A stretch of 24,338 bases of DNA from an uncultured virus (IMG/VR IMGVR_UViG_2731957969_000006) (lineage: Duplodnaviria; Heunggongvirae; Uroviricota; Caudoviricetes), in the IMG/VR virus record IMGVR_UViG_2731957969_000006. One strand, given 5' to 3'. The position numbers and the translations under genes were made by a program. The notes beneath the pieces were generated by a model, which saw nothing but the letters and a program-made list of their open reading frames with translations, was not told where the DNA came from and did not search any database. This document shows positions 1-9,201 of this stretch, piece by piece. The first letter of the stretch is position 1. Each line of letters begins with the position of its first letter.

Positions 1-209
1 CGGTTAGATGAAGCTAGTACAAAAGATTGGTATATGGCCTCACGCAAGGTAGCGACACCATTGAAGTGGCGTACTTAAATGGGATTGATGTGCCGTATAT
101 TGATCAACTAGAAGGCTTTACCTCTGATGGTGTCACGACAAAAGTGCGTATTGATGCGGGTGTAGCGCCAGTTGATTATCGCGGTCTACTGAAAGTGACG
201 GGTAAGTAA
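1..209 (+). CDS. 3' end of major capsid protein (Gifsy-2-like ClpP-protease/capsid fusion type); partial, apparent frameshift near nt 41-46
   Basis: Frame 1 reads RLDEASTKDWYMAS and frame 3 continues QGSDTIEVAYLNGIDVPYIDQLEGFTSDGVTTKVRIDAGVAPVDYRGL. This is the typical C-terminus of this capsid family and lies upstream of head-completion and tail genes. Confidence 0.8.
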
Positions 210-238
210 GACGTCTTTTTTCTTCGTTTTATCCTGAT

Positions 239-257
239 GCCCTGATGGGCTTTTTTT
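239..257 (+). terminator. Rho-independent terminator after the capsid gene
   Basis: GCCC-TGAT-GGGC stem followed by T7. Confidence 0.65.
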
Positions 258-267
258 ATATCTAAAA

Positions 268-287
268 TCCGGTGCTTCGGCATCGGA
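268..287 (+). promoter_or_regulatory. cUUCGg tetraloop hairpin directly upstream of the RBS of the next gene
   Basis: TCCGGTGC-TTCG-GCATCGGA, abutting AGGAG and the ATG at 298. Confidence 0.5.
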
Positions 288-297
288 AGGAGTTTTT

Positions 298-639
298 ATG
301 GCTAAAAATTATGTACAACAGGGTGGCACAATTGCAATTGCCAACAATACAAAAGAGATCATTAAAAGTGGTCAATTGGTACACGTTGGTGCGGTTGCTT
401 GTGTTGCGATCACGGATATTCAACCTAACGAAACCGGTGATGGTTTTGCAGAAGGTGTTTTCTTACTGAACAAGAAAACGGGAATTGCCTTAAAAGCGGG
501 AGTAGTGGCCTCTGTTAAAGACAATGTTGTGGTGGATACTGGTGGTACACCTGCCGGTGTGGTTTGGGATGATGCGGATGCATCGAGTGAACATGTCACG
601 ATTAAACTCAATGTGTTCGCACCAGCGGGTACGCCATAA
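298..639 (+). CDS. DUF2190-like capsid cement/decoration protein
   Basis: 113 aa with MAKNYVQQG start and GDGFAEGVFLL motif; RBS AGGAG; directly follows the capsid gene. Confidence 0.8.
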   Translation: MAKNYVQQGGTIAIANNTKEIIKSGQLVHVGAVACVAITDIQPNETGDGFAEGVFLLNKKTGIALKAGVVASVKDNVVVDTGGTPAGVVWDDADASSEHVTIKLNVFAPAGTP

Positions 640-650
640 GGTAGGAAACG

Positions 651-923
651 ATGAATCCATTTGAACGGTTGGTAAAAAGAATGGATAACGTGACCGAAGA
701 ACGGATGGGGGTTCCCATCCGTATAAATGGTGTTTTTTATCAAGCACTCGAATCTCACTTTATCCCTGAATTGGGACCGATGAGTGGTGACGGGGTGAGC
801 TATGTTGTTTTTTCTTCAACATATCACCCTAAGCGCAGTGACGCCGTAGAAATTGAGGGGGAAGCCTATCAAGTCACTCGACACCAAAAGTTTAATGGGA
901 AACCACATATTTGGATCAAATAG
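651..923 (+). CDS. Head-tail joining protein (gpFII-like position)
   Basis: 90 aa, MNPFERL start, located between the cement gene and gpZ. Confidence 0.7.
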   Translation: MNPFERLVKRMDNVTEERMGVPIRINGVFYQALESHFIPELGPMSGDGVSYVVFSSTYHPKRSDAVEIEGEAYQVTRHQKFNGKPHIWIK

Positions 924-932
924 GTGGGTGAT

Positions 933-1496
933 ATGAAAGGGTTAGCGCAAGCCATTAAAAACCTGAATAGCATTAATGATGAAATGGTCCCGAAAGCAAC
1001 GGCAATGGCGATTAACCGTGTTGCTCGCCGTGTCATTAGCCATAGTGTTAAACGGGTTTCAGCCGAAACCAAAGTACCTCAACGCCTGATCCGTCAACGT
1101 GTTCGACTTAATCGAGCGAGTAGCTGTTATAAAACGCCTCGCGCTCGATTAGTGATAAATCGGGGTAATTTGCCGGCCATTGCCCTAGGTAATGCGCGCG
1201 TTCAGCTATCAAGAAAACGAGGTAATCAGAAAGGCGCTGGAAGTGTTTTGAAGGTGGGGAGATTTTCTTTTCCTCATGCTTTTATTCAACAGCTTGATAA
1301 TGGCCGTTGGCATATTCTTCAGCGAGTTGGTCAAAGCCGTTATCCCATCGAGGTGGTGAAAATTCCGCTCGTCACACCGCTAACAACAGCTTACACCGAA
1401 GAGTCAGAGAAATTGCTTCAATCTGATATGCCCAAAGAAATGGCGTCGGCCTTAAAGCAACAGTTACGGCTTTATATAAAAGGGAGGGTTTGGTGA
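933..1496 (+). CDS. Z: Minor tail protein Z
   Basis: Basic protein with MKGLAQAIKNL, AINRVA, LVINRGNLPAI and RYPIEVVKIPL, recognisable as lambda gpZ. Confidence 0.9.
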   Translation: MKGLAQAIKNLNSINDEMVPKATAMAINRVARRVISHSVKRVSAETKVPQRLIRQRVRLNRASSCYKTPRARLVINRGNLPAIALGNARVQLSRKRGNQKGAGSVLKVGRFSFPHAFIQQLDNGRWHILQRVGQSRYPIEVVKIPLVTPLTTAYTEESEKLLQSDMPKEMASALKQQLRLYIKGRVW

Positions 1497-1890
1497 TCAA
1501 ACATACACAGATCCGACATGCAATTAAAGAGGCGATTGAGCCTCATGCCAATGGGGTGACAGTCTTTGATGGTCGCCCTTTTTTGTGGATGAAAACGACT
1601 TTCCAGCCATTGCGGTGTACATCACCGATGCTATTTCAACAGGTGAAAATCTCGATGAAGATAGTTGGCAAGCAATTGTGCACATAGAAGTTTTTCTCAG
1701 TGCGAATAACCCTGATGCTGAGTTAGATAAATGGGTTGAAGCCGTGATTTATCCTGCGCTGACCTCCATTCCCGCACTGTCCGAGCTTATCGAGAATATG
1801 ACCCCTAACGGCTACGACTACCATCGTGATGAAGAAATGGGGTTGTGGGGGTCGGTCGATCTCCATTATCAAATTAATTATTCAATGTAA
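1493..1890 (+). CDS. U: Tail terminator protein U, split by an apparent 1-nt deletion in T6 at 1579-1584
   Basis: [16 protein letters not shown] joins [37 protein letters not shown] if one T is added (about 132 aa). Confidence 0.85.
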
Positions 1891-1901
1891 AAGGGATCAT
1901 T

Positions 1902-2423
1902 ATGCCTACACCAAACCCATTGGCACCCGTAAAGGGTGCTGGTACCACGCTTTGGATTTATAGCGGTACCGAAGACCCATTAAAAGATCCGTTTACTGAT
2001 ACGGATTGGACACGACTGGCGAAAATTAAAGAACTACAGCCGGGTGAAATTACCGCAGACAGTTATGACGATACCTATCTTGATGACGAAGATGCGGACT
2101 GGAAAGCCACTGCTCAGGGGGAAAAATCAGCGGGTGAGGCCAACATCACGCTGGCATGGAAACCGGGTGAACAAGGTCAAAAAGATCTGGTTGATTGGTT
2201 CCAACTAGGGGATGTTCGTCACTACCGCATTCGTTACCCCAATGGGGCCGTCGATATTTATCGAGGTTGGGTTAGTTCGCTTGGGAAAACGGTACCTGCG
2301 AAAGAAGTGATCACCCGTACCATTAAGATCACCAACAGTGGCCGTCCTGCGCTTGCAGAAGAAATTAAATCAGCTTCAGAGCAAGGAAAAAGTGCACCCG
2401 TTATTAAAAAAGACACTGAATAA
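1902..2423 (+). CDS. V: Major tail tube protein V (no C-terminal Ig domain)
   Basis: [36 protein letters not shown] and GWVSSLGK match lambda gpV. Confidence 0.92.
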   Translation: MPTPNPLAPVKGAGTTLWIYSGTEDPLKDPFTDTDWTRLAKIKELQPGEITADSYDDTYLDDEDADWKATAQGEKSAGEANITLAWKPGEQGQKDLVDWFQLGDVRHYRIRYPNGAVDIYRGWVSSLGKTVPAKEVITRTIKITNSGRPALAEEIKSASEQGKSAPVIKKDTE

Positions 2424-2434
2424 AAGGCAATAAT

Positions 2435-2824
2435 ATGTTTTTAAAGAAAAAAGAATTTACTTATAGTGATAACACTATTGAGTTGTTTGAGTTATCAGCA
2501 TTACAGCGTATTGAATACTTTGATTTTTTGGTCGAACAATTTCAAAAAAACGAAGATGTTGAAAAGGCTGAAGGCATAAAAAAAACAGCACTCATTATTC
2601 GTGCAAACACAGAATCGAACGCTTGGCTAGTATCTCGTTCATTAGCCCACGGTGGATCGAATGATGTTGAAAAAATTTACAATGATGTTCTTTCTACATG
2701 GAATCCTGAAGCACTCGCTCTTGCAGCTAAAGAAGTGCTGGTGATTAGCGGGATGGCACAAACTGAAAACACGGAAAATGAAAATATTCACAGTGATGCA
2801 CAGGAAGAGTCACTGGAAAAGTAG
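2435..2824 (+). CDS. G: Tail assembly chaperone G
   Basis: MFLKK..LFELSALQRIEY..AWLVSRSL, located after V. Confidence 0.88.
   Translation: MFLKKKEFTYSDNTIELFELSALQRIEYFDFLVEQFQKNEDVEKAEGIKKTALIIRANTESNAWLVSRSLAHGGSNDVEKIYNDVLSTWNPEALALAAKEVLVISGMAQTENTENENIHSDAQEESLEK
2815..2821 (+). other. Putative programmed -1 ribosomal frameshift site producing gpGT
   Basis: GGAAAAG just before the G stop. The -1 frame is open (VVAREHQFILRLSHEFKRADWRRML) into the T ORF. Confidence 0.7.
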
Positions 2825-3165
2825 TTGCCCGTGAACATCAATTTATTCTGCGCCTATCACATGAATTTAAACGTGCTGATTGGCGCAGAATGCTCAGTGA
2901 GATGACAGCGACCGAGCTCGCTGATTGGTTACACTTCTTTAATGAAACTCCCTTCACCATTCAATTTATCGATCATGCTTTTTCTGGTCTTAATTTCACG
3001 GTTGCCAGTGTTTTTGGTGGTGGTAAAGACTTATCACCAGAGGATTTTAGTGTGTTGTTACGTAAACCTGCTGTTGATATGGACGATGAAACCATGATGG
3101 CGGTAAGTGAAGGGATAGCGGGCGGAATACGATATGAGCCAACAAATAGCGGATCTAACGATTAA
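2821..3165 (+). CDS. T: Tail assembly chaperone T (C-terminal part of gpGT)
   Basis: FILRLSHEFKRADWRRMLSEMTATELADW..MDDETMMAVSEG..GGIRY. Confidence 0.85.
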   Translation, partial: VVAREHQFILRLSHEFKRADWRRMLSEMTATELADWLHFFNETPFTIQFIDHAFSGLNFTVASVFGGGKDLSPEDFSVLLRKPAVDMDDETMMAVSEGIAGGIRYEPTNSGSND

Positions 3166-6126
3166 TTTAGGGGCTGAAACAGCCGATTTTAAAGAGCAAA
3201 TGGGGCGAGTTGAACGTCAGCTCCAAGAAACCGCAGAAAAAGCCGAAGCCAGTCAACGACGTATGGCTCAACTGGTTGAACAACAAGCGCAAACTGCTCG
3301 CAGTTCAGCAGAGAGTACTGCGCAGTCTCTTCAAGAACTTAACAATCAACAAGAAATTTCTCAACAACAACGGGCTGATTATTATCAGCGGATCGCACAG
3401 GAAGAGGCGCGCTCAGCTATTGAATCACGCAAACAAGCTGATGCTTTTTTAGAGCAAGCTCAAAGTGTTGGGCAAACGAGAGATGCACTTGAACAACTCA
3501 CAGAGGTTTTAAATAAATCAACAAAGGCTTATAACAAGCTAAAAATTACAGGTGAGCAGTTCGCTGAAATTCAGAATGTCACTAAATCAAGAATAAAGGC
3601 GATACAAGATCAACAAGATGCAAATACTGAAAAATATTTTAAGCAGATTGAAGCAGTTAAAGGACTTTCTGGAGGAACGTCGGCATTAAGAACCATTCAA
3701 GCTCAGCTTAATCAAGAGGTAAAAAAGGGCACTATCCATCAACAAGACTATCGGACACTGATTTCTGCCATTACCTCAGAGTCAATGAAGTTGCGCCGAG
3801 AAGAAGAGTCTCTAACGCAACAAAAAACGCGATTTATTCAGCGACTAAAAGAGCAAATTGCTACTCAAAACTTAAGTCGTGAACAGATGTTGCGTTATCA
3901 AGCCTCTCAACTTGGTGTCAGTTCTTCAGCAGAAATTTATATTCGTCGATTATCTGAATCGAGCAAAGAAACCAAAGAGTTTGATAAAAACAGCAAGTCA
4001 TTAGCTGGTCGTCTTCAGGGTATTGCCAACTCATTTAATATGGGCTCATTGATTCGTGGTGGTATCTGGGGAGGAATTACGGCAGGTTTAACAGGCGTTG
4101 CAAAGCTAGCCTATGATGCAGAAAGAGAATTTTCTCAGTTTAATAAACAACTGATTTTAACCGGTAACTACGCCAATAAATCAGCCAGCCAATTAAACGA
4201 AATGGCGCGAACCTAGCGGGTGGCGGGATTACGCGTGGTGAAATGGCATTATCCATTTCAAGTGTCGTCGGGACTGGCGTATTTTCGAATAATGAGATTT
4301 CTCGTGTTTCAAAAGCGGCCGCACAGATGAATTACATCACAGGCCAGGCGATTGATACCACTATTGATCAGTTTAAACGTCTGCAAGATGAACCGCTTCA
4401 AATGTCGCTTGAATTAGAAAAAGCGAATCATCACCTCACTGCATCCCAATTAGAACAAATCAGAACACTTGAATTACAGGGTAATAAAACCGAAGCAGCT
4501 AAGCTGGCGATTGATGCTTATGCTCAATCTATTAATGACGGTGCTAATGATATATCTGATAGCCTAGGTTTTCTTGAATCAGCATGGATTAATATTCAAC
4601 GGGAGGCAAAAAAAGCTTGGGACGCAATGCTTGATATAGGAAGAGATAAAGGGGTTACAGAGAAACTAACCACTTATAAAGAACAACTATATCAACTGCA
4701 ACTTCACGGAATGGAAAATAGCTATGAAGGGAGAGAATTACAAAAAGTAATTAAAGAGCTGGAAAATAAGAAATACGAACAAGATCTTAAAAATGCACAG
4801 GCTCAAGCGGTTAAAGATAGTGAACAATTCAAGGTTAATCAGATTAGAAACCAAGAAAAATGGAAAAGCTATTTCAGTTGGGAGACTCAGCGGTTACAAA
4901 AACTAGCAGAATTAGAACAGGATAAGCATAGCCTAACTCAAAAACAGTACGAAGAAGCAAAAGCGATGATTAATTTTCGTTTAAGAGATCGCCAGATGCC
5001 GGGGACTGAGAAAGGTAAAGGATATGTGGTACCCACAGGTAATCGAGAAGAAGAAAAAGCTTCTCGTGATTTACTTGCATTGCAAGCCCAGTTAGAAATG
5101 CTTAAAAAGCATCAAAGTGCTAATGATGTTATTAGCCAACAACGCAAGGATTTTCAAAAAGAGCAGGCACAATTTGCAATTTTAGAACAAGCGCAATTGA
5201 CACGCCGATTAACTAACGCCGAAAAATCTTTATTATCAAATAAAGAAAATATTCTTGCTCAAAAGGAAAAACTTGCGTTAGTGGGTGATGAAGTCGCCTT
5301 ACAAGAGCGCTTAAATAAGATGCAAGATCAGACTGATAAATACATTGCTCAACAATCGGAAAAGCGTAAAGCGATTGAAGAAAGCATGGGTAAATCAGCA
5401 AGGGAACAACAACGTTATTTAGAGCGCGCTCAACTTCTTGCAGGACAACAAGAGAACCCACAGCTAAATAATATGTTAGCTGAGCAACAGAAAACATGGG
5501 AAGTTGAAGATCAAAAACGAGCCAATTGGCTAAAAGGAGCTGAAACAGCTTGGGGTAACTATAAAGACACGGCTCTTGATGTTAATACTCAAGTACAAAA
5601 TGCTACCTCTATGGTGCTTAATGGATTTAGTAACCAATTAACTAATGTACTGGTTGATGGTGAAGCCAACTTCAAAGACTTTACAAAATCGATCCTCAAA
5701 ATGCTGACGGATATCTTTATTAAAATGTCATTAGTTAAAGGAATAGAGGCGATGGGTTTTGGTTTTGGCGCCCCAGTCGCGAATGCTAACGGTGGTGTTT
5801 ACAACTCAACCAGTCTAAGCGCTTATAGTGGGCAGATCGTTCATAAACCTACCATGTTTGCGTTTGCAAAAGGTGCAGGGTTGATGGGAGAAGCTGGGCC
5901 AGAAGGCATTTTTCCTTTGCGCCGTGGTGCTGATGGGAAGCTGGGCGTTATTGCGAAAATGCCCAATCAGGGAGGAGGCGTTACCCAGCATTATCACATT
6001 ACTATACAAAATGATGGTAGTAATGGTCAGATAGGGCCTGAAGCATTGAAAAAAGTTTATGAAATTAGTAAGCGAGGTGCTCAGGACTATATCATGAGCC
6101 AACGTCGTGATGGTGGAGCTATGTAG
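3134..6126 (+). CDS. H: Tape measure protein H, split by an apparent 1-nt deletion near 4212
   Basis: MSQQIADLTINL start, coiled-coil body, FNKQLILTGNYA and C-terminal FAKGAGLMGEAGPEGIFPLRRGADGKLGV. Adding one base gives ART-LAGGGITRGEM and about 997 aa. Confidence 0.9.
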
Positions 6127-6456
6127 ATGGAAACATTTAAATGGAAAGTTAAACCTGATATGAAAAAGGAGTTTGAGCCTCGAGTAAAATCAGTGAAATT
6201 TGGCGACGGTTATGAACAGCGTCGCCCTGATGGTATTAATAATAATCTAAAAAAATATAATGTAACGCTTATCTATATAAATAGTGAAAGCTTACAAATT
6301 GAATCATTTTTAGAAAAACATGCTGGTGTTACTGCATTTTTATGGAAGCCGCCTCATCAATCAGAATTAATTAAGGTACTATGTCGAAAATGGTCATCTT
6401 CTGCTGGAATGATTAGAACTGAAATAACGGCTGAGTTTGAGCAAATCGTATTTTAA
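6127..6456 (+). CDS. M: Minor tail protein M
   Basis: METFKW..VKFGDGYEQRRPDGIN..FLEKHAGVTAFLWKPP. Confidence 0.92.
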   Translation: METFKWKVKPDMKKEFEPRVKSVKFGDGYEQRRPDGINNNLKKYNVTLIYINSESLQIESFLEKHAGVTAFLWKPPHQSELIKVLCRKWSSSAGMIRTEITAEFEQIVF

Positions 6457-6463
6457 TTAGTGC

Positions 6464-6488
6464 AAATCTCTTAGGGAGATTTTCGTTT
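6464..6488 (+). terminator. Hairpin/weak terminator between M and the moron
   Basis: AAATCTC-TTAGG-GAGATTT followed by TCGTTT. Confidence 0.4.
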
Positions 6489-6550
6489 ACTTCATTTTAA
6501 GTCCAGCGCAAGCTAATATAAGGTAAATTAATCTAATATTAGGGTAGATA

Positions 6551-7126
6551 ATGAAAGGTTTCGGAAGAATTTTATTGATTGTCGGCATTATAGCAGCGTT
6601 TGCTTCTTTCAATATGGATGTCAGTGTTCCCACTGGCTATGGTTCACGCGTAAATAACATTGGTTTAATGTCAGATAAGCAAAACTACATTTTAATTAGC
6701 TGTTTTATGATTTTTTGTGGATTAATGATGGTGGTGTTTAGTGGTCGAAAGCAACAGCCTCACGACACAACTAATTCTACAAGTGTATTATATGTAAGAT
6801 GTCCATACTGTGCTGAAGATATACGCCCAGAAGCTATAAAATGTAAACATTGTGGTAGTGATTTATCGAGTAAAAAGAAGGATGAAAAAAACATTACCAC
6901 AGTCACTCCTTCAGAGATTGTTATCAAATTAAAAGATAACTACATGATAGATGAGGATGGGGTTAAGAAATTCGTTTCATTTCTCTCTGAGAAATATAAT
7001 AACAATAAAGAACTATTATGTTTATCTGAAAGTGATATTAATAAAATGATGGAAGCTATCCCAGAAGAAGTTCATGAATCATTTAAGAGAAAATTAAAAC
7101 ATTTTATTCATGAATTAAATAAGTAG
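6551..7126 (+). CDS. Moron: membrane protein with two TM helices and a zinc ribbon
   Basis: Two hydrophobic N-terminal segments and CPYCAEDIRPEAIKCKHC. AT-rich and inserted between the normally adjacent M and L. Confidence 0.8.
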   Translation: MKGFGRILLIVGIIAAFASFNMDVSVPTGYGSRVNNIGLMSDKQNYILISCFMIFCGLMMVVFSGRKQQPHDTTNSTSVLYVRCPYCAEDIRPEAIKCKHCGSDLSSKKKDEKNITTVTPSEIVIKLKDNYMIDEDGVKKFVSFLSEKYNNNKELLCLSESDINKMMEAIPEEVHESFKRKLKHFIHELNK

Positions 7127-7144
7127 TCTCAATCAGTCAATTAT

Positions 7145-7166
7145 AACCCGCTTCGGCGGGTTTTTT
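7145..7166 (+). terminator. Rho-independent terminator of the moron
   Basis: AACCCGC-TTCG-GCGGGTT followed by more Ts. Confidence 0.85.
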
Positions 7167-7178
7167 ATTGGAGCTAAT

Positions 7179-7883
7179 ATGCAACATATTCCTCCTGAAA
7201 TGCGAATTAGTATTACCGAACTCTCCTCCACTGATGTCTTACTTGAACTTTACGAATTTGATTTAACCAAAATAGGCGGTATTCGGTACCACTTTTTTGA
7301 TGGACTCAATCAGCGTAAAGAGCCGTTAATCTGGCAAGGAAATACCTATGAGCCTTATCCCGTGAAAGGTGAAGGCTTTTCTTTTAATGGCAAAGGCCCC
7401 TCAGGGCGACCCACTATTACATTGTCGAATTTATTTGGATTGATTACAGGGATTGCCAGTCAATTAGATAGTGCAATCGGTGGGCTGGTGGTACGACGCA
7501 TTGTCAGCACTCAATTTTTAGATGCAGTAAATTTTCCTCAAGGCAATCCTAACGCCGATCCGTCACAAGAAATTGTGACACGTTGGATCATTGAGCAGAT
7601 GACCAGTTTAAATTCAGTAACCGCTACCTTTATGTTAGCCACACCGAGTGAGACTGACGGATTAATGCTGCCTGGGCGTGCTATTTTGTCTGATATCTGT
7701 AATTTTTGTTATCGCTCAGAAGAGTGTGGTTACAAAGGCCCCCCTGTTGCTGACGAATGGGGAAAGCCAACCACTGATCCACTAAAAGACAAATGTGGCA
7801 AACGTCTTAGTGATTGTAAGTTAAGAAAAAACGAATCACGTATAGGCGCGTTTGTCTCCACTTCCCATATTGGTAATAATTAA
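7179..7883 (+). CDS. L: Minor tail protein L
   Basis: ELYEFDLT..WQGNTYEPYP..FLDAVNFPQGNPNADP and the C-terminal Cys cluster (C..C..DKCGKRLSDC). Confidence 0.92.
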   Translation: MQHIPPEMRISITELSSTDVLLELYEFDLTKIGGIRYHFFDGLNQRKEPLIWQGNTYEPYPVKGEGFSFNGKGPSGRPTITLSNLFGLITGIASQLDSAIGGLVVRRIVSTQFLDAVNFPQGNPNADPSQEIVTRWIIEQMTSLNSVTATFMLATPSETDGLMLPGRAILSDICNFCYRSEECGYKGPPVADEWGKPTTDPLKDKCGKRLSDCKLRKNESRIGAFVSTSHIGNN

Positions 7884-7904
7884 TTCCCTCCTAAGGTGTT
7901 TCTT

Positions 7905-8582
7905 ATGATAGAGCAAGCAATTTTGGCGCATGCGAAAGAGCAAGCGCCATCGGAGGCGTGTGGCTTATTGGTAAGTACTGCACAGGGTGAACAGTATTTA
8001 CCTTGTGTTAATCAGCACGCTGATCCGAAAAACTATTTCACGATTTCTTTTGATGATTTTATTCGAGCCGAACAGCAGGGCGAGGTGATAGCCGTTGTAC
8101 ACAGTCACCCTGATGGTCAACCTTATCTCAGCACCTTAGATCGACAACTGCAGGTGAACAGTGCATTGCCGTGGTGGGTGGTCTGTGATGAAAAAATTCA
8201 CTGCTATCAACCGGTATCTCATCTCTTAGGTCGCCATTTTATTCATGGCTCAACCGACTGTTATGGGTTGTTTCGTGATGCTTATCATTTGGCAGGACAT
8301 GATCTGCCTGATTTTGAGCGACATGATAATTGGTGGCGCCAAGGTAAAGAACTGTACCTAGACAATATGATAAGCAGTGGTTTTCGGCAGGTAAAAAAAG
8401 AAGTGCAACCCGGCGATATTATTTTGTGTTGCTATGCCAGCTCTCGTGCCAATCACGCGGGGATTTATTTAGGCAATCAAACGATTTTACATCACATTCC
8501 AAACCAACTTAGCAAACGCGAGGAGTATAACGAACGATGGCAACGAATGACGCACTCAATTTGGCGTTACCGCGATTGGTAA
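7905..8582 (+). CDS. K: Tail assembly protein K (JAB/MPN + NlpC/P60)
   Basis: EACG, VHSHPDG..LSTLD, DCYGLFRDAY and NHAGIYLG. Confidence 0.92.
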   Translation: MIEQAILAHAKEQAPSEACGLLVSTAQGEQYLPCVNQHADPKNYFTISFDDFIRAEQQGEVIAVVHSHPDGQPYLSTLDRQLQVNSALPWWVVCDEKIHCYQPVSHLLGRHFIHGSTDCYGLFRDAYHLAGHDLPDFERHDNWWRQGKELYLDNMISSGFRQVKKEVQPGDIILCCYASSRANHAGIYLGNQTILHHIPNQLSKREEYNERWQRMTHSIWRYRDW

Positions 8583-9187
8583 CCTTCCGACTTTACGGGG
8601 ATTTGCAGCGATTTGGACGTCGCTTTGATTTAAATGTGAATACTGCTTCTGAAGGTCTTCACGCGCTTTTTATTCAACTTCCAGCATTACGCTTAGCTAT
8701 TCGTGATGGTTGGTATCAAGTGCGCATTGCGGGTACTGATATTTCCCCACAAGACATTAACCAAAGATTCAATGAAACCTTACCTGATAATGCAGTAGTT
8801 CATATTGTGCCGAAATTATCAGGGGCTAAAAATGTCGGTATTTTTCAATTTATTGCAGGTGCTGCTTTATTTTCATTGGGATGGTGGGGGCCAGCGTGGA
8901 TCTCCGCAGCAGTAGCGACTTCTTTGATGGCGGGAGGTGCAGCTATGATGATTAATGGTGTCACTCAAATGCTGATCCCGTCTCCAAAACCTCCCAATCT
9001 ATCTCGTGGTGATGAAGAAAAAGGCAATACTTATTTTAGCAATCTTGATAATGCCGTTGCACAAGGAATGCCGGTGCCCATTGCCTACGGCGAAATTATG
9101 TGTGGTTCACGCGTCATTTCACAATCTGTTGAAATTATGGATGACAGTGACGGTGAAAATATCGATGCCGGCAAACATGGTGGTTAA
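8537..9187 (+). CDS. I: Tail assembly protein I
   Basis: LYGDLQRFGRR, VVHIVPKLSGAK and NTYFSNLDNAVAQGMPVPIAYGE. Confidence 0.92.
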   Translation: MATNDALNLALPRLVTFRLYGDLQRFGRRFDLNVNTASEGLHALFIQLPALRLAIRDGWYQVRIAGTDISPQDINQRFNETLPDNAVVHIVPKLSGAKNVGIFQFIAGAALFSLGWWGPAWISAAVATSLMAGGAAMMINGVTQMLIPSPKPPNLSRGDEEKGNTYFSNLDNAVAQGMPVPIAYGEIMCGSRVISQSVEIMDDSDGENIDAGKHGG

Positions 9188-9201
9188 GAGGAGCTTGTAT
9201 T

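Noticed and set aside
272..1072. Alternative ORFs 272-469, 420-758, 490-747 and 869-1072
   Set aside because: Shadow frames overlapping well-supported phage genes.
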